Shown piece by piece: positions 33,554-42,708 of a stretch of 64,000 bases of DNA (position 1 is the stretch's first letter; every line of letters starts with the position of its first letter). The notes under the pieces are model-generated. The model made no database searches. It saw only the letters and a list, made by a program, of their open reading frames with translations, and was not told where the DNA came from. This stretch comes from Pseudomonadales bacterium. GTDB taxonomy: Bacteria; Pseudomonadota; Gammaproteobacteria; Pseudomonadales; UBA5518. The stretch spans positions 29,129 through 93,128 of the forward strand of contig JAJVIG010000012.1 of NCBI GenBank assembly GCA_022072145.1. The letters run 5' to 3'. A program made the translations under genes and the position numbers.

Positions 33554-34234
33554 TCAGAGAATTTCCCTGACCGCGCTGATCTTCAGCGGGCCGATGCCGT
33601 CTACGTTCAGCGTCATCTCGCCGCCGGCGCCGATGGTCACGCTGTTGACGTTCGCGCCCAGCGCCGTGGCGAGCGCGACCGTTTCGCCCTCGCGCAGCCC
33701 GAGCGCCTCGAAGCGGTAGATCCCGGCCGCCAGCGAGGCGCCGTCGGCGTCGCGGCCGTCCCAGGCGAACGTGATATCGCCGGCCTCCTGGGCGCCGAGC
33801 AGTTCCTGGCGCACCAGCACGCCGGCCTGGTTGTAGATGTTCAGCAGCGTGTCCTCGACCGGCTTGTCGACGGTCACGGTGCCCATGATCTGCCCGCCGC
33901 TGGCGAGCCGTGCCCGCGAGGCGTCGACCAGCACCGTGTGCCCGACCAGCGCCGAGGCCTGGATCGCCTGGCTGGACTGCAGGCTGCCGTTCATCGACAC
34001 GAAGTTCGAATTCAGGTCCTCGATTCCCTGCAGCGTGCTGAACTGCGCCAGCTGCGCGACGAAGGCCGTGTTGTCCTGCGGCGCCAGCGGGTCCTGGTTC
34101 TCGAGCTGCGTGATCAGGAGCGTCAGGAAGTCCGCCTGGCCGAGCGCCTTGTTCTCTTCCGGCGCGGGCTCCTTGCGGAACGACAGGGCTTCGTAGGCGC
34201 CGGAGCTGACCTTGAAGCCGTTGATCTCGTTCAT
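33554..34234 (-). CDS. flgD: flagellar hook capping/assembly protein
   Basis: 226 aa. QADFLTLLITQLENQDPLAPQDN motif and a FlgD Ig-like C-terminus. Confidence 0.92.
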   Translation of the reverse strand: MNEINGFKVSSGAYEALSFRKEPAPEENKALGQADFLTLLITQLENQDPLAPQDNTAFVAQLAQFSTLQGIEDLNSNFVSMNGSLQSSQAIQASALVGHTVLVDASRARLASGGQIMGTVTVDKPVEDTLLNIYNQAGVLVRQELLGAQEAGDITFAWDGRDADGASLAAGIYRFEALGLREGETVALATALGANVNSVTIGAGGEMTLNVDGIGPLKISAVREIL

Positions 34235-34263
34235 GCCATCCTCTCCTGCCTGTCCTCAGCGGC

Positions 34264-34686
34264 TCACTGCCCGAGCGCCAGCACGCGTTGCGCCAGCGTC
34301 TTCGCCGCATCGACGAGTTGCACGTTGATCTGGAACGAACGCGACGCGGAGATCATGTCGGCCATCTCCTCGACCACATTCACGTTCGGGTAGTACACAT
34401 AGCCTTGCTGGTCGGCGAGCGGGTGATGCGGCTCGTAACGCGGCTGCAGCGGTGCGTCGCTCTCGACGATGCCGAGCACCTGCACGCCGGCCTGCGCCTC
34501 GTCCGCCAGTCCCCCCGTCAGTTCCCGGTACAGCGGAGCGAACACCGGATGGCGTGCTCGGTAGGTCTGGCCGGTGCTGGAACTCGCGGTCTGCGCGTTC
34601 GCGAGGTTGCTGGCCACCGTGTTCAGGCGGATGCTCTGCGCGCTCATCGCCGAGCCCGCCACATCGAAGATCGCGTTGATCGACAT
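34264..34686 (-). CDS. flgC: flagellar basal-body rod protein
   Basis: 140 aa. FDVAGSAMSAQSIRLNTVASNLANAQT ... YPNVNVVEEMADMISASRSFQ. Confidence 0.95.
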   Translation of the reverse strand: MSINAIFDVAGSAMSAQSIRLNTVASNLANAQTASSSTGQTYRARHPVFAPLYRELTGGLADEAQAGVQVLGIVESDAPLQPRYEPHHPLADQQGYVYYPNVNVVEEMADMISASRSFQINVQLVDAAKTLAQRVLALGQ

Positions 34687-34688
34687 CG

Positions 34689-35081
34689 CTATTCGCCCTT
34701 CAGTGCCTTCGTGATGCCACGGAACTTGCCCTGCAGGAAGCTCAGGCTGGCCTGGAAATCGAGCGCGTTGCGCGCGAACTGCGCCATCTCGATCTCCGCA
34801 TCGACGGTGTTGCCGTCCAGCGTCGGTTGCGTTGGCTGGCGATACAGGAGCTGCCCCTCACCCGCCGGCCCGCCCGCGCCGATATGGCGCTCGCGCGTGG
34901 TCCGCAGTCCGCCGCCCTGTCCGGTGGCCGCTTCGAGCAACGCCCGGAAGTCGAGGTCGCGTGCCTTGTAGTCGGGGGTATCCGCGTTGGCCAGGTTGCC
35001 TGCCAACACCCCGGCGCGCCGCTCGCGCAGCAGCAGCGCGTTCTCGTGCACTCCCAGCGCGCTGTCGAAGCCGATCGCCAT
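34689..35081 (-). CDS. flgB: flagellar basal-body rod protein
   Basis: 130 aa. RAGVLAGNLANADTPDYKARDLDF motif. GGAGG RBS 7 nt upstream of the ATG. Confidence 0.95.
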   Translation of the reverse strand: MAIGFDSALGVHENALLLRERRAGVLAGNLANADTPDYKARDLDFRALLEAATGQGGGLRTTRERHIGAGGPAGEGQLLYRQPTQPTLDGNTVDAEIEMAQFARNALDFQASLSFLQGKFRGITKALKGE

Positions 35082-35113
35082 GCCTGCCTCCGTTGCTGTC
35101 CCGGATGCACGTC

Positions 35114-35129
35114 TGCAATGCGCATACCA
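35114..35129 (-). promoter_or_regulatory. sigma-54 promoter (-24/-12) of the flgB operon
   Basis: The minus strand reads TGGTAT-GCGCA-TTGCA, against TGGCAC-N5-TTGCA. GG/GC spacing is exact, 33 nt upstream of the flgB ATG. An AT-rich patch (35145-35175, ...TTGTTTAAAAACCGATTCTCTAATCG...) just upstream could be an IHF bend site. Confidence 0.65.
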
Positions 35130-35290
35130 TCGCGCGCAACTCCTTGTTTAAAAACCGATTCTCTAATCGCATGGGACGATCGACGGGGTCCGGCGGCAAG
35201 CCGTTTCCGCTGCTGCGCCAGCCGTGCCCGGCGTGAGCGGCAAGCTGCTGCCGCCGGTGTGCCGCGCAGCGCACCCGTCACCCGCGAAGA

Positions 35291-36088
35291 GTGATAGGCG
35301 CGGTATTTGCTTGGAATTCCGGCATGCACCATCGCGCCATCAACCCGTCGCTGCGACACCGCCTGCTGCGCACCGCCGCGGCGCTGGCACTCGTTCTCTG
35401 CGCGCTGTCCACGGTCGCCGGCCAGGGCGCGACCTCGGACGGCGCCGGACGAGTCGATGGCGCGCAGATCACCCGGCTGGTCGAAAGCGCGCTGCTCGCG
35501 CAACTGCGCCGCCAGCCGGCGGCGGCCGGCGCCAGTCGCGTGGAACTCGGCGTCGGTGCGCTCGACTCACGGCTCGCGTTCGCGCCATGCGCCGAGCCGA
35601 TCGCGGTGGCCGCTGACCTGCGCCGCATGCAGGCACGCGTGAACGCACGCGTCAGCTGCGCGGCCCCGTCGCCGTGGGCGATCCAGGTGCCGGTCGAACT
35701 GCGGGTGTTCCGGCCCGTGCTGGTCGCGACCCGCGAGCTGCAGCGCGGTGACACCGTGGGCGAACAGGACATCGAGCAGCGCGAGCACAACGTGCTGGCG
35801 GCGGGCGCCGCCCCGCTGACCCGTCCCGCCGATGCACTGGGCCGGCAGGCGAGGCGAACCATCCCGGCCGGCAGTGCGCTGCTCGCCTCGCTGCTGGAGC
35901 AGCCGGTGCTGGTGCGTCGCGGTGACCGCGTCAGCGTCGACAGCGCGCCGGGGGCGATCTCGGTGCGCATCAGCGGCGAGGCCATGGGTACGGCGCGACG
36001 CGGGGAACGGGTGCGCGTGCGCAACCTGCAGTCGGGGCGGATCATCGATGCGGTGGTGACCGGCAGCGGCACGGCGCAGGCGATGTGA
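35291..36088 (+). CDS. flgA: flagellar P-ring assembly chaperone
   Basis: Signal peptide, SAF-like domain and the C-terminus RGDRVSV...GERVRVRNLQSGRIIDAVV typical of FlgA. GTG 35291 or ATG 35324 as start. Confidence 0.85.
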   Translation: MIGAVFAWNSGMHHRAINPSLRHRLLRTAAALALVLCALSTVAGQGATSDGAGRVDGAQITRLVESALLAQLRRQPAAAGASRVELGVGALDSRLAFAPCAEPIAVAADLRRMQARVNARVSCAAPSPWAIQVPVELRVFRPVLVATRELQRGDTVGEQDIEQREHNVLAAGAAPLTRPADALGRQARRTIPAGSALLASLLEQPVLVRRGDRVSVDSAPGAISVRISGEAMGTARRGERVRVRNLQSGRIIDAVVTGSGTAQAM

Positions 36089-36121
36089 GCAAACGGCCGG
36101 TGCGGTCGCCGGCGGCAGCGC

Positions 36122-36148
36122 TAAAGGTTTAGAATCGTGGGCCGATAC
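36122..36148 (+). promoter_or_regulatory. sigma-28 (FliA) promoter of flgM-flgN
   Basis: TAAA(G)-N15-GCCGATAC, with the same core blocks (CTAAAG / GCCGATAC) as the fliC promoter. It lies 55 nt upstream of the flgM ATG. Confidence 0.75.
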
Positions 36149-36202
36149 AGTGCATGACGGCCCACACGGGAGTGGGCAATTCAGGCGAAACGGCTGAAGC
36201 AC

Positions 36203-36511
36203 ATGGTTTCCGACATCAAGGGTCTCGATCAGCGCCAGCTCCCCGGCGCCCGTACGGGCGAGACGGGTGGCGTGCGCGCCGGGACGCGCGGCGACGGCGC
36301 CGCCAGGACCGGGGCCGGCACGAACGACGACACCGTCGAATTGAGCGGTGTGGCCGAACTCGTGCGCAGCGCCGCGCGCCGCATGGCGAGCGGCGCACCG
36401 GTCGACGAGGCACGGGTGCGGGAACTCAGGCAAGCCATCGCCGACGGGAGCTACACGCTGGATCCCGCCCGGATAGCCCGCAAGCTGATCGACGCCGACA
36501 CGCAGTTCTGA
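36203..36511 (+). CDS. flgM: anti-sigma-28 factor
   Basis: 102 aa. Disordered Gly/Thr-rich N-terminal half and the conserved C-terminus RVRELRQAIADGSYTLDPARIARKLI. Confidence 0.85.
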   Translation: MVSDIKGLDQRQLPGARTGETGGVRAGTRGDGAARTGAGTNDDTVELSGVAELVRSAARRMASGAPVDEARVRELRQAIADGSYTLDPARIARKLIDADTQF

Positions 36512-36545
36512 AACGGACTGCCGGCGCAACCGAGGGCGATCTTCC

Positions 36546-37010
36546 ATGCTGGCGGCCACCGATGCCGGCGCCGTGCGCGCCATCCTCGACACCGATATCG
36601 ACACCGTGCACGGACTGCGCGCGCTGCTGCTCGATGAGCGTGCGGCGCTCGCGGGACGCGAACCGGCGGTGCTGGACCAGGTCGTGCAGCGCAAGCTGGA
36701 ATGCCTGCAGCGGATGCAGCGCAACGACCAGGCGCGCCAGCGACTGCTGGCGCGGCACCGGGGCGCGGACTGGACGACGCTGCTGCGCGCGCTCGACCCG
36801 GCGCTCGGCGACTCGTGGCAGGCGTTGCGCCCGCTGCTCGAGGAGGTCGCGGAACTCGGCCGCACCAATGAACGCATCGCGGCCCGCATGCAGCGCAGTT
36901 CCGCGCGCCTGCTCGCGCTGCTGCGCGGCCAGACGGCCAGCGGCGGCGTTTACGACCGCCGCGGCCAGACGCACCCCTGCGCCGATACACGCGCCGTGAC
37001 GCGCGCCTGA
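36546..37010 (+). CDS. flgN: FlgK/FlgL export chaperone FlgN
   Basis: 154 aa, helical. L..LLLDERAAL...D...L..VVQRKLECLQRM pattern. Located after flgM. Confidence 0.8.
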   Translation: MLAATDAGAVRAILDTDIDTVHGLRALLLDERAALAGREPAVLDQVVQRKLECLQRMQRNDQARQRLLARHRGADWTTLLRALDPALGDSWQALRPLLEEVAELGRTNERIAARMQRSSARLLALLRGQTASGGVYDRRGQTHPCADTRAVTRA

Positions 37011-37123
37011 CTGGCCGGCCCGGGCGGAGCTGCCGGGCGGGCGACGGGGGCCGTGCATCCCCAGCGCGCGCTGGCCGAGCGCGAACCGAGCATCTAGAAT
37101 GGCGCCCCTGCCGCAGCCCGCGC

Positions 37124-37198
37124 GGCCCCATAGTTCAATGGACAGAACGGGGTCCTCCTAAGACTCAGATGCAGGTTCGATTCCTGCTGGGGCCACCA
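37124..37198 (+). tRNA. tRNA-Arg (anticodon CCT)
   Basis: Cloverleaf folded by hand. The acceptor stem GGCCCCA pairs with TGGGGCC. D arm GTTC/GAAC. Anticodon stem GGGTC/GACTC with loop CTCCTAA. T arm GCAGG-TTCGATT-CCTGC. The terminal ACCA is encoded. Confidence 0.92.
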
Positions 37199-37505
37199 TC
37201 TCAACCTGTCACTGGACGCCAGGATGTTCGGAAAGCGCCTGAATTCGGGCGTCTGACCGATGTCCGTCCCACCAAGACGCCCCAAGACGCCCCCTTGAAA
37301 TGCCAACATATCCGTTGGCACACTCGTTGGCAGGTCGCCTTCACCCTGCACCCCTTCCCCGACGATCCCGACCAGCGCCCCGGACGCGACGCACTGGCTT
37401 CCGCTGCTCGCGTTCGGCCAGCAAGCAAAAACGCTGCTGCGCCACGCGCAGAGCGATATGCCCGGCGTGTCCGGCCGGCAAGTCGAAGCCCAAACCCCGC
37501 GACGA

Positions 37506-37846
37506 TTACCGGGAGCTGTCCCGGCCGGCTGACCGCAACGACCCGCTGACGTTCTGAGTCGGCACCGCTACGTACTCCGCGCGGAGGGGGGGTAGGCGAA
37601 AGTCTGGGGCGGTTTTGACGAACCGCCCAAAGTCGCCCTTCAGTTCGGGGCCGGATCGGGATGCGTGCTTGACGGTTGTTCGGAGCTCGTCGGCAATGGC
37701 GACGAATTGTTCCGGGCTCGCAGCCTCGTCATCACCGCCCGCCACTCGTCGTCCCACGACGATGGGCGCGGAGAGAGGACGCCCATCGATATCAACCGTG
37801 ATTCGGCCGCTTTCATCGCTTCCAACTGCTTCTGGGTAGTCGTCAT
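37506..37846 (-). pseudogene. two overlapping short ORFs in different frames, possibly a frameshifted gene remnant
   Basis: ATG 37846 opens MTTTQKQLEAMKAAES.... The adjacent frame reads ...ITVDIDGRPLSAPIVVGRRVAGGDDEAASPEQFVAIADELRTTVKH... but has no good start. The region lies in the AT-richer stretch next to the tRNA. No family recognised. Confidence 0.2.
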
Positions 37847-38066
37847 GAAATGACCTTTACGCCTTCTCCGGTGGGTCGAATACGCTTGCCGTTTTTCGCG
37901 CCAAATACGCCGCGCTCGACCAATGCATTATACCATCAACCGCCCGCGCCCTCCCCGGTAACGGCAATGAAGCCGACATCGGCGCACGCCGCGCCAGACC
38001 AACAGGCGACGGCATAAGCATCTGCCCCGCCAGCCAGCCGTTTTTTTGCGGCGCCAGAATGGAACC

Positions 38067-38076
38067 GGGGGGGGGG
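38067..38076. repeat. homopolymeric G10 tract
   Basis: Ten consecutive G, read directly. It is the longest homopolymer I noticed in the window. A T7 run sits at 38041-38047. Confidence 0.9.
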
Positions 38077-38104
38077 TATGGCGCCCTATCTGTTGGCACA
38101 TTTT

Positions 38105-38128
38105 CAGAAACGGTAAAAACCGTTTCTG
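38105..38128. other. perfect 9-bp hairpin CAGAAACGG-TAAAAA-CCGTTTCTG
   Basis: Read directly. It lies 17 nt before the duplicated tRNA 3' end. Confidence 0.6.
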
Positions 38129-38144
38129 CATCAATACGCTGTTG

Positions 38145-38169
38145 TTCCTGCTGGGCCACCATTTCAGCC
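38145..38169 (+). repeat. direct repeat of the tRNA-Arg 3' end (att-like scar)
   Basis: TTCCTGCTGGGCCACCATTTCAGCC compared with tRNA 37181-37206 TTCCTGCTGGGGCCACCATCTCAACC. The two differ by one 1-nt indel and two mismatches. Confidence 0.7.
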
Positions 38170-38194
38170 GTGCAGCAAGGGCGCCCCCGCCCGC

Positions 38195-39472
38195 TCAGGC
38201 CTCGCGCGCAACCGCCTGGCTGCGAGCCTTGCCGCTCCCCCGCGTGGACAACTGGGTACTGCGCGGCCAGACCAGGCCGGCATGGGAGCCCGGCAGGTCG
38301 AGGCGCCGGTAGAAGCTCCCGTTCAACTGCGTGCGCTTGACCAGGTAGTCGCGGAACCGCCGGAACAGCTCCCGATCGACCACCACGCCCGGCGCGTCGG
38401 TCCAGAACTGCTTCAGGCTGCCCGTGTAGCTCAGTCCGGGCATGTCGTAGATCGCCGAGCCGCAGACTTTCAGCGGCGTGTTGTGGAACAGTGCCGACAT
38501 GCCGACTGTGCTGTTCACTACCACGCAACCGCGCGCGTGGCGCAACAGGGTCGGCAGGTGCTGGTCGTGGATGTAGTGCAAGCGCCCGCCCAGCGCATAG
38601 CTGCGCTCCAGGCGGCGGATCAGGTCGCGGTAGTCGTGGTAGCCGCGATCCATCGGGTGATGCTTGATAACCAGATGCGTGTCGGGCGGCGCGCTGACCG
38701 CGAACGAGCGCACCACGTAATGGATGAACTTCGTCACCGTGTCGAATCCCGAGTGGGTGCGTATCTGCGCGTCGTTGTGCACCTGCAGCGGCACCAGGAA
38801 AAAGCGGCCCGACAGCTCTCCGGTCAATCTTTGTTCGATCCCGCGCTCACGCCACGCGAACCAGGCCTTGCGCCAGAAACCGCGCAACCACGGCCAGCCT
38901 TCGAGCAAGCTGAGCCGCCGATGGTGACGGTAACGCCGGAACCACGGCCAGAGCAGCGCGCTCGCCACATAATAGAGCACCGCCCACAGCGCGGCGCTGG
39001 CGAACGCGCCGTCGACCCGCCGTACCGGCGGCGGTTCCTCGACCTCGCGGTTGAGGTAAAACAACGGCGAGCGAGGCAACTGCGAATGCCCGTTGACGCC
39101 GAAGCGCTCGAGCGTGACGAAGTGCGGGCGGATATAGCCCTCCTCGAACACGCCGACCTCGAGGCCGCGGAAGCTGGCGATCTGGCGCGCGACGCGATGG
39201 ATCGGCCGGCAATCGCCGAACATCATCAGCACCTCGATCTTGCGCTCGGTGATCACGCGATCGAGAAACTCGGGCCAGTCCTGCGGACTGCCTCGGTAGT
39301 TGATTGCGTCGAACGGGTAGAACAGCAGGTCCCCGCCGTTGAAGTTGATCTTGCAGACCTGCGCGCCGATCCAGCACAGATCCTGCGCCAGACGGCGGAA
39401 GAACGGCCCCACCGGGGACTGCAGCAACAGCACGCGCTTGCCGCGCAGGGCGTCTAGCCCGCTTGCGATCAT
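38195..39472 (-). CDS. kpsS: capsule biosynthesis beta-Kdo transferase KpsS
   Basis: 425 aa. AGGAGG RBS 5 nt upstream. Collinear with E. coli KpsS: LLLQSPVGPFF, NFNGGD, FGDCRPIH, FEEGYIRP, RYRHH, LVIKHHPMDRG, VVVNSTVGMSAL, PLKV.G.AIYD. Confidence 0.93.
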   Translation of the reverse strand: MIASGLDALRGKRVLLLQSPVGPFFRRLAQDLCWIGAQVCKINFNGGDLLFYPFDAINYRGSPQDWPEFLDRVITERKIEVLMMFGDCRPIHRVARQIASFRGLEVGVFEEGYIRPHFVTLERFGVNGHSQLPRSPLFYLNREVEEPPPVRRVDGAFASAALWAVLYYVASALLWPWFRRYRHHRRLSLLEGWPWLRGFWRKAWFAWRERGIEQRLTGELSGRFFLVPLQVHNDAQIRTHSGFDTVTKFIHYVVRSFAVSAPPDTHLVIKHHPMDRGYHDYRDLIRRLERSYALGGRLHYIHDQHLPTLLRHARGCVVVNSTVGMSALFHNTPLKVCGSAIYDMPGLSYTGSLKQFWTDAPGVVVDRELFRRFRDYLVKRTQLNGSFYRRLDLPGSHAGLVWPRSTQLSTRGSGKARSQAVAREA

Positions 39473-39602
39473 GGTGCCTCCTGGTACCCCGGTCCGTCGC
39501 CAACCCGCTCGCGCCGCAAGGCAGCACATCGTCCATCGGGAAATGGCCGGATTCTACCCGCAACCCGCGTGCACGGGGCAAGCCCGTGTCGATGGTCATA
39601 CA

Positions 39603-41591
39603 TCACAACCCCAGCCACCATGCGCGCAGCCGCAGGACCGTGCGCAGCGGCCGCGACACGGAACCGCGCGTGCCGTCACGCCACGCGACCAGTTCGTCGA
39701 GCGCCCGCTCTGCGGTCGTGAAGCGGCCACTGCGGCGACTGACGTAGGTCGGGTACAGGAGCAGCACGCCGGCCACCAGTTCGTCCAGTTCCAGCCTGCG
39801 TGCACGGCGTGCGATCGGCAACCGATCCTTCGTCAGGCCCCAGCCCGCGTAGAACGGCTGACCGTGGCAGACCACGGGCCGTTCACGCAGCAATGCCTCG
39901 AACCCGGTCAGCGAACTCAGCACGTGTACTTCGTCGACTGCGTCGAAGAGTTCCTCGATTGCGCAGTCGGTCACTATCCGGTCGCACAGGCGCGCGAACT
40001 CCGGCGCCGGCGCGCCACCACGACGCAGGCCCGCCACCACGTCCGGATGCGGCTTGTAGACGAGGTACGCATCGGGTCGCTCCGCACGCACCGCGCGCAG
40101 CAGCTCCAGGTTGCTGCGGATGCCGGGCGCACCCAGCACGATCGCGGCGTCGGTCTCGACCTGTCCCGGCACCAGGACCACCTGCGTAGCGCCGGCGGGA
40201 CGCTGCCAGCGCCCGCCGCCGAGGTTGTACTTGCTGAGCCGCCCGGCGACGATCCGCTGGCGCAGCACAGCCGCGCGTGCGAGCAGTGCGGCATCGAACT
40301 CCTGCTGCTGCAGCAGCACTTCCAGATCGCTGGGGCACGATGCGTCGTAGTAGATGCCGCGTCGATCCATCACCCACGACAAGGGCGCGACCAGGTCGGC
40401 GCCGAGTCCGACCGAACGCAGGAAACCGTCCTCGAGTCGCACCACCTCGCGAGCGGCACCGGGCGCTGGCGCCCCCCCCCACACCAGCAGCGGCGTCCCT
40501 GACGGCGCCGCCTCGGCGCGGCGCACGAAGTGCACTCGCGAACCCTGCACGAAACGACGCACCAGCGGGCGCTTCCACGGCGAAAAGCCGGTCGCGTACG
40601 CCTGCGGCGCGAAGCGTGCGCGCTGGCGCCGCTGCAGCCCCAGGTGGGCGAGTACCGTCTCCGCTTCGCAGGCCTCGCCACTCTCGGGATCACGGTATCG
40701 CGGGTAGGCGATCAGCGCCGCATGCACCAGTTGCTCGAGCGTGACCGGCCGGCGCCACGCGGGCGCGGGCAGTTCGTCACGGCTCAGGCCACGCCCAGCG
40801 TAGAACGGCATTCCGAAGGTGCGCACCGGCACGCCGTGCAGCAACGCCTCGAAGCCGAGCTGCGAGGTGACCACATAGACCGCGGCGGCGCGCGCCAGCA
40901 GCGTCGCCGGATGCACGTCGCGCGCCAGCACGCGCACGCGCGGATCGCACGCGGCCTGCGCGGTGTCGATCCAGCCGCGCGCCTTGCCCGCGAACACGTC
41001 CGGATGGGTCTTCACCAGCACGGTGCACGCGGGATTCTCGTCGAGCGCGGCCCGCAGCATGCGCGCGAAGCTCGCCTGGTCCGCAAGGCCACCGGCCACC
41101 GAGGCATCCCCCCGCGTCTGGTCGGCCACGAGCACGAAGCGCGGCGGCAGTTCACCGGCATCGGTGTCACGCTGGTAGTTGTACTTCGACACGCGCTGTT
41201 CGCGCCAGGCTGCCGCGAGCGCCGCCGCACGCCGGATGCGCGCCTCATCCAGTTCCTCGCCGAGCAGGCGATCGAGTCGCGAGGGCTGCCGCGCGTCGTA
41301 GTAGATTCCCTCGTCGTCCAGCACCACCGACAGCGGCGGGTCGTCGCGACCGAGTCCGACCGAGCGCAGGAAACCGTCCTCGAGGCCGACGAACGGCAGC
41401 CCGTGGCGGCGCGCGAACGCGCGCGAGCGCCGCGTGGAACGCCGCCGGCCCCAGCCGAGTACCGCCTGCGCGCGCCGCGGGGCGAACGGCCCGCTGCAGA
41501 ACTCGAGCTCGGCGCCCAGCAGGCCGCGCAAACCGGGAATACGGTGGATTCCCGGCGAGAGCACCGCGTAGCAACCGAATCGAGGCGTCAC
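39603..41591 (-). CDS. kpsC: capsule biosynthesis beta-Kdo transferase KpsC (duplicated Capsule_synth domains)
   Basis: The motif LEDGFLRSVGLG...PLS.V.D..GIYYDA occurs twice, once in each half. SPGIHRIPGL N-terminus as in E. coli KpsC. GTG 41591 is the preferred start (662 aa); the ORF-track start at 41840 is an extension. Confidence 0.93.
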   Translation of the reverse strand: MTPRFGCYAVLSPGIHRIPGLRGLLGAELEFCSGPFAPRRAQAVLGWGRRRSTRRSRAFARRHGLPFVGLEDGFLRSVGLGRDDPPLSVVLDDEGIYYDARQPSRLDRLLGEELDEARIRRAAALAAAWREQRVSKYNYQRDTDAGELPPRFVLVADQTRGDASVAGGLADQASFARMLRAALDENPACTVLVKTHPDVFAGKARGWIDTAQAACDPRVRVLARDVHPATLLARAAAVYVVTSQLGFEALLHGVPVRTFGMPFYAGRGLSRDELPAPAWRRPVTLEQLVHAALIAYPRYRDPESGEACEAETVLAHLGLQRRQRARFAPQAYATGFSPWKRPLVRRFVQGSRVHFVRRAEAAPSGTPLLVWGGAPAPGAAREVVRLEDGFLRSVGLGADLVAPLSWVMDRRGIYYDASCPSDLEVLLQQQEFDAALLARAAVLRQRIVAGRLSKYNLGGGRWQRPAGATQVVLVPGQVETDAAIVLGAPGIRSNLELLRAVRAERPDAYLVYKPHPDVVAGLRRGGAPAPEFARLCDRIVTDCAIEELFDAVDEVHVLSSLTGFEALLRERPVVCHGQPFYAGWGLTKDRLPIARRARRLELDELVAGVLLLYPTYVSRRSGRFTTAERALDELVAWRDGTRGSVSRPLRTVLRLRAWWLGL

Positions 41592-41658
41592 GAGGGCATG
41601 GTGCGATTGGAACGTCCGCCCGTGCCCGATCCGCGCGCGGCCGGCGCGGGACGCTGGC

Positions 41659-42708
41659 TCACAAGGCAGGGAAAGCGCCGCGTTCCTCGCTGCAACGGCG
41701 CAGTGCACGCGCGTGCAGCGCGCGGCAGGCCGGAGGATCGCGCAACGCCTGAAGGATCGCCTGCACCCAGTCCCGGCGGCGGTTCGCAACCAGCCAGCCG
41801 GTGTCCCGGTGCCGCACGTGCCACGCGTACGGTACGGCATCGGAATATATCCCGGCCGCGCCCAAGCGCGTGATGTCGAACAGCTTCACGTGCGCGCGCG
41901 CCCGGTTGAACGGGGTATCGAGACATGGAGCGAGGCCGAGCTGGTGACGGACCGTCGAAGAATACGCGAGATACTCCGGCCACGTCATCGGCGCGCGCAC
42001 CGTCACGCCAGGAATGCCCCGATACAGCCGGTGCACGCGCCAGTCACCGAAGATTTCGAAGCGCGCCTCGGGGTACACCGCCTGCACCTCGCGCACCACC
42101 GGCACCAGCCATTCGATCTCGCGCCGGTGTGCGCGCGTGCCGTGGTAGCAGTAGCTGGGCGGTGCACCGCGATCGACGCCGTCGTCGCTACGCGGTACCG
42201 GCGCGGGCAGGTAGCACGGTTCGCAGAGCTCGGGCAGCGCCGCCGCGTGGCGGCGTGCGAGTTCGGGCGTGGACACCCACACCGCGTCGCAGAGCGCGGC
42301 GAGCAGCGTGTGCATTCGCGCGTGCCGCCACCACGTACGCAGGCGGTAGCCGGCCGGCAGCTCGGTCGCCTGCAGCACCGCCGGGATGTCGTCGTCGAGC
42401 AGGTAGATCACGCGTCCGCAGCGCGCGCGCTCGGCGAGCAGCCAGCGCAGCCACGCGGGCGGCGCGTGGCGCACGATGAACACCGCGGCGGCCTGCGCCG
42501 GAAAGCCGTCTCCGGCCGCGCTGCGGCGCGTGTCGAGCACCTGCACCGCGCGCTGCGGGCAATGCCCGGCAAGATTCGCCGTCAGGTAGAAATCGGTGGT
42601 CGGGATCGGCCCCGGGGACAACACCACCAGCGGTCCCGCGCCGAGTCCGGGCGGGAGCCGGCCTGCGCGCGGCACGAACAGGGTCGCACTAGCCGGGCGC
42701 ACCATCAT
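41659..42708 (-). CDS. putative GT-B-fold glycosyltransferase (family unassigned)
   Basis: 349 aa from MMVRPAS. The C-terminal half has the GT-B retaining-type layout (RFEIFGD...VTVRAPMTWPEY...LAPCLDTPFNRARAHVKLFDITRLGAAGIYSD...TGWLV). Its start overlaps the upstream gene end by 20 nt. Confidence 0.55.
   Translation of the reverse strand: MMVRPASATLFVPRAGRLPPGLGAGPLVVLSPGPIPTTDFYLTANLAGHCPQRAVQVLDTRRSAAGDGFPAQAAAVFIVRHAPPAWLRWLLAERARCGRVIYLLDDDIPAVLQATELPAGYRLRTWWRHARMHTLLAALCDAVWVSTPELARRHAAALPELCEPCYLPAPVPRSDDGVDRGAPPSYCYHGTRAHRREIEWLVPVVREVQAVYPEARFEIFGDWRVHRLYRGIPGVTVRAPMTWPEYLAYSSTVRHQLGLAPCLDTPFNRARAHVKLFDITRLGAAGIYSDAVPYAWHVRHRDTGWLVANRRRDWVQAILQALRDPPACRALHARALRRCSEERGAFPAL

Noticed and set aside
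37315-37332. Sigma-54-like TTGGCAC-ACTCG-TTGGCA on the plus strand after the tRNA
   Set aside because: The -12 element reads TTGG instead of the near-invariant TTGC. No downstream gene exists on that strand.
37857-38528. 223-aa minus-strand ORF bridging the tRNA-proximal stretch and kpsS
   Set aside because: It is out of frame with kpsS and overlaps it. It runs through the G10 tract, the hairpin and the att-like repeat. Its composition is low-complexity and Arg/Gly-rich.
41592-41840. N-terminal 83-codon extension of kpsC
   Set aside because: Similarity to KpsC begins at SPGIHRIPGL, right after GTG 41591. The extension overlaps the end of the upstream gene and is Arg-rich low-complexity sequence.
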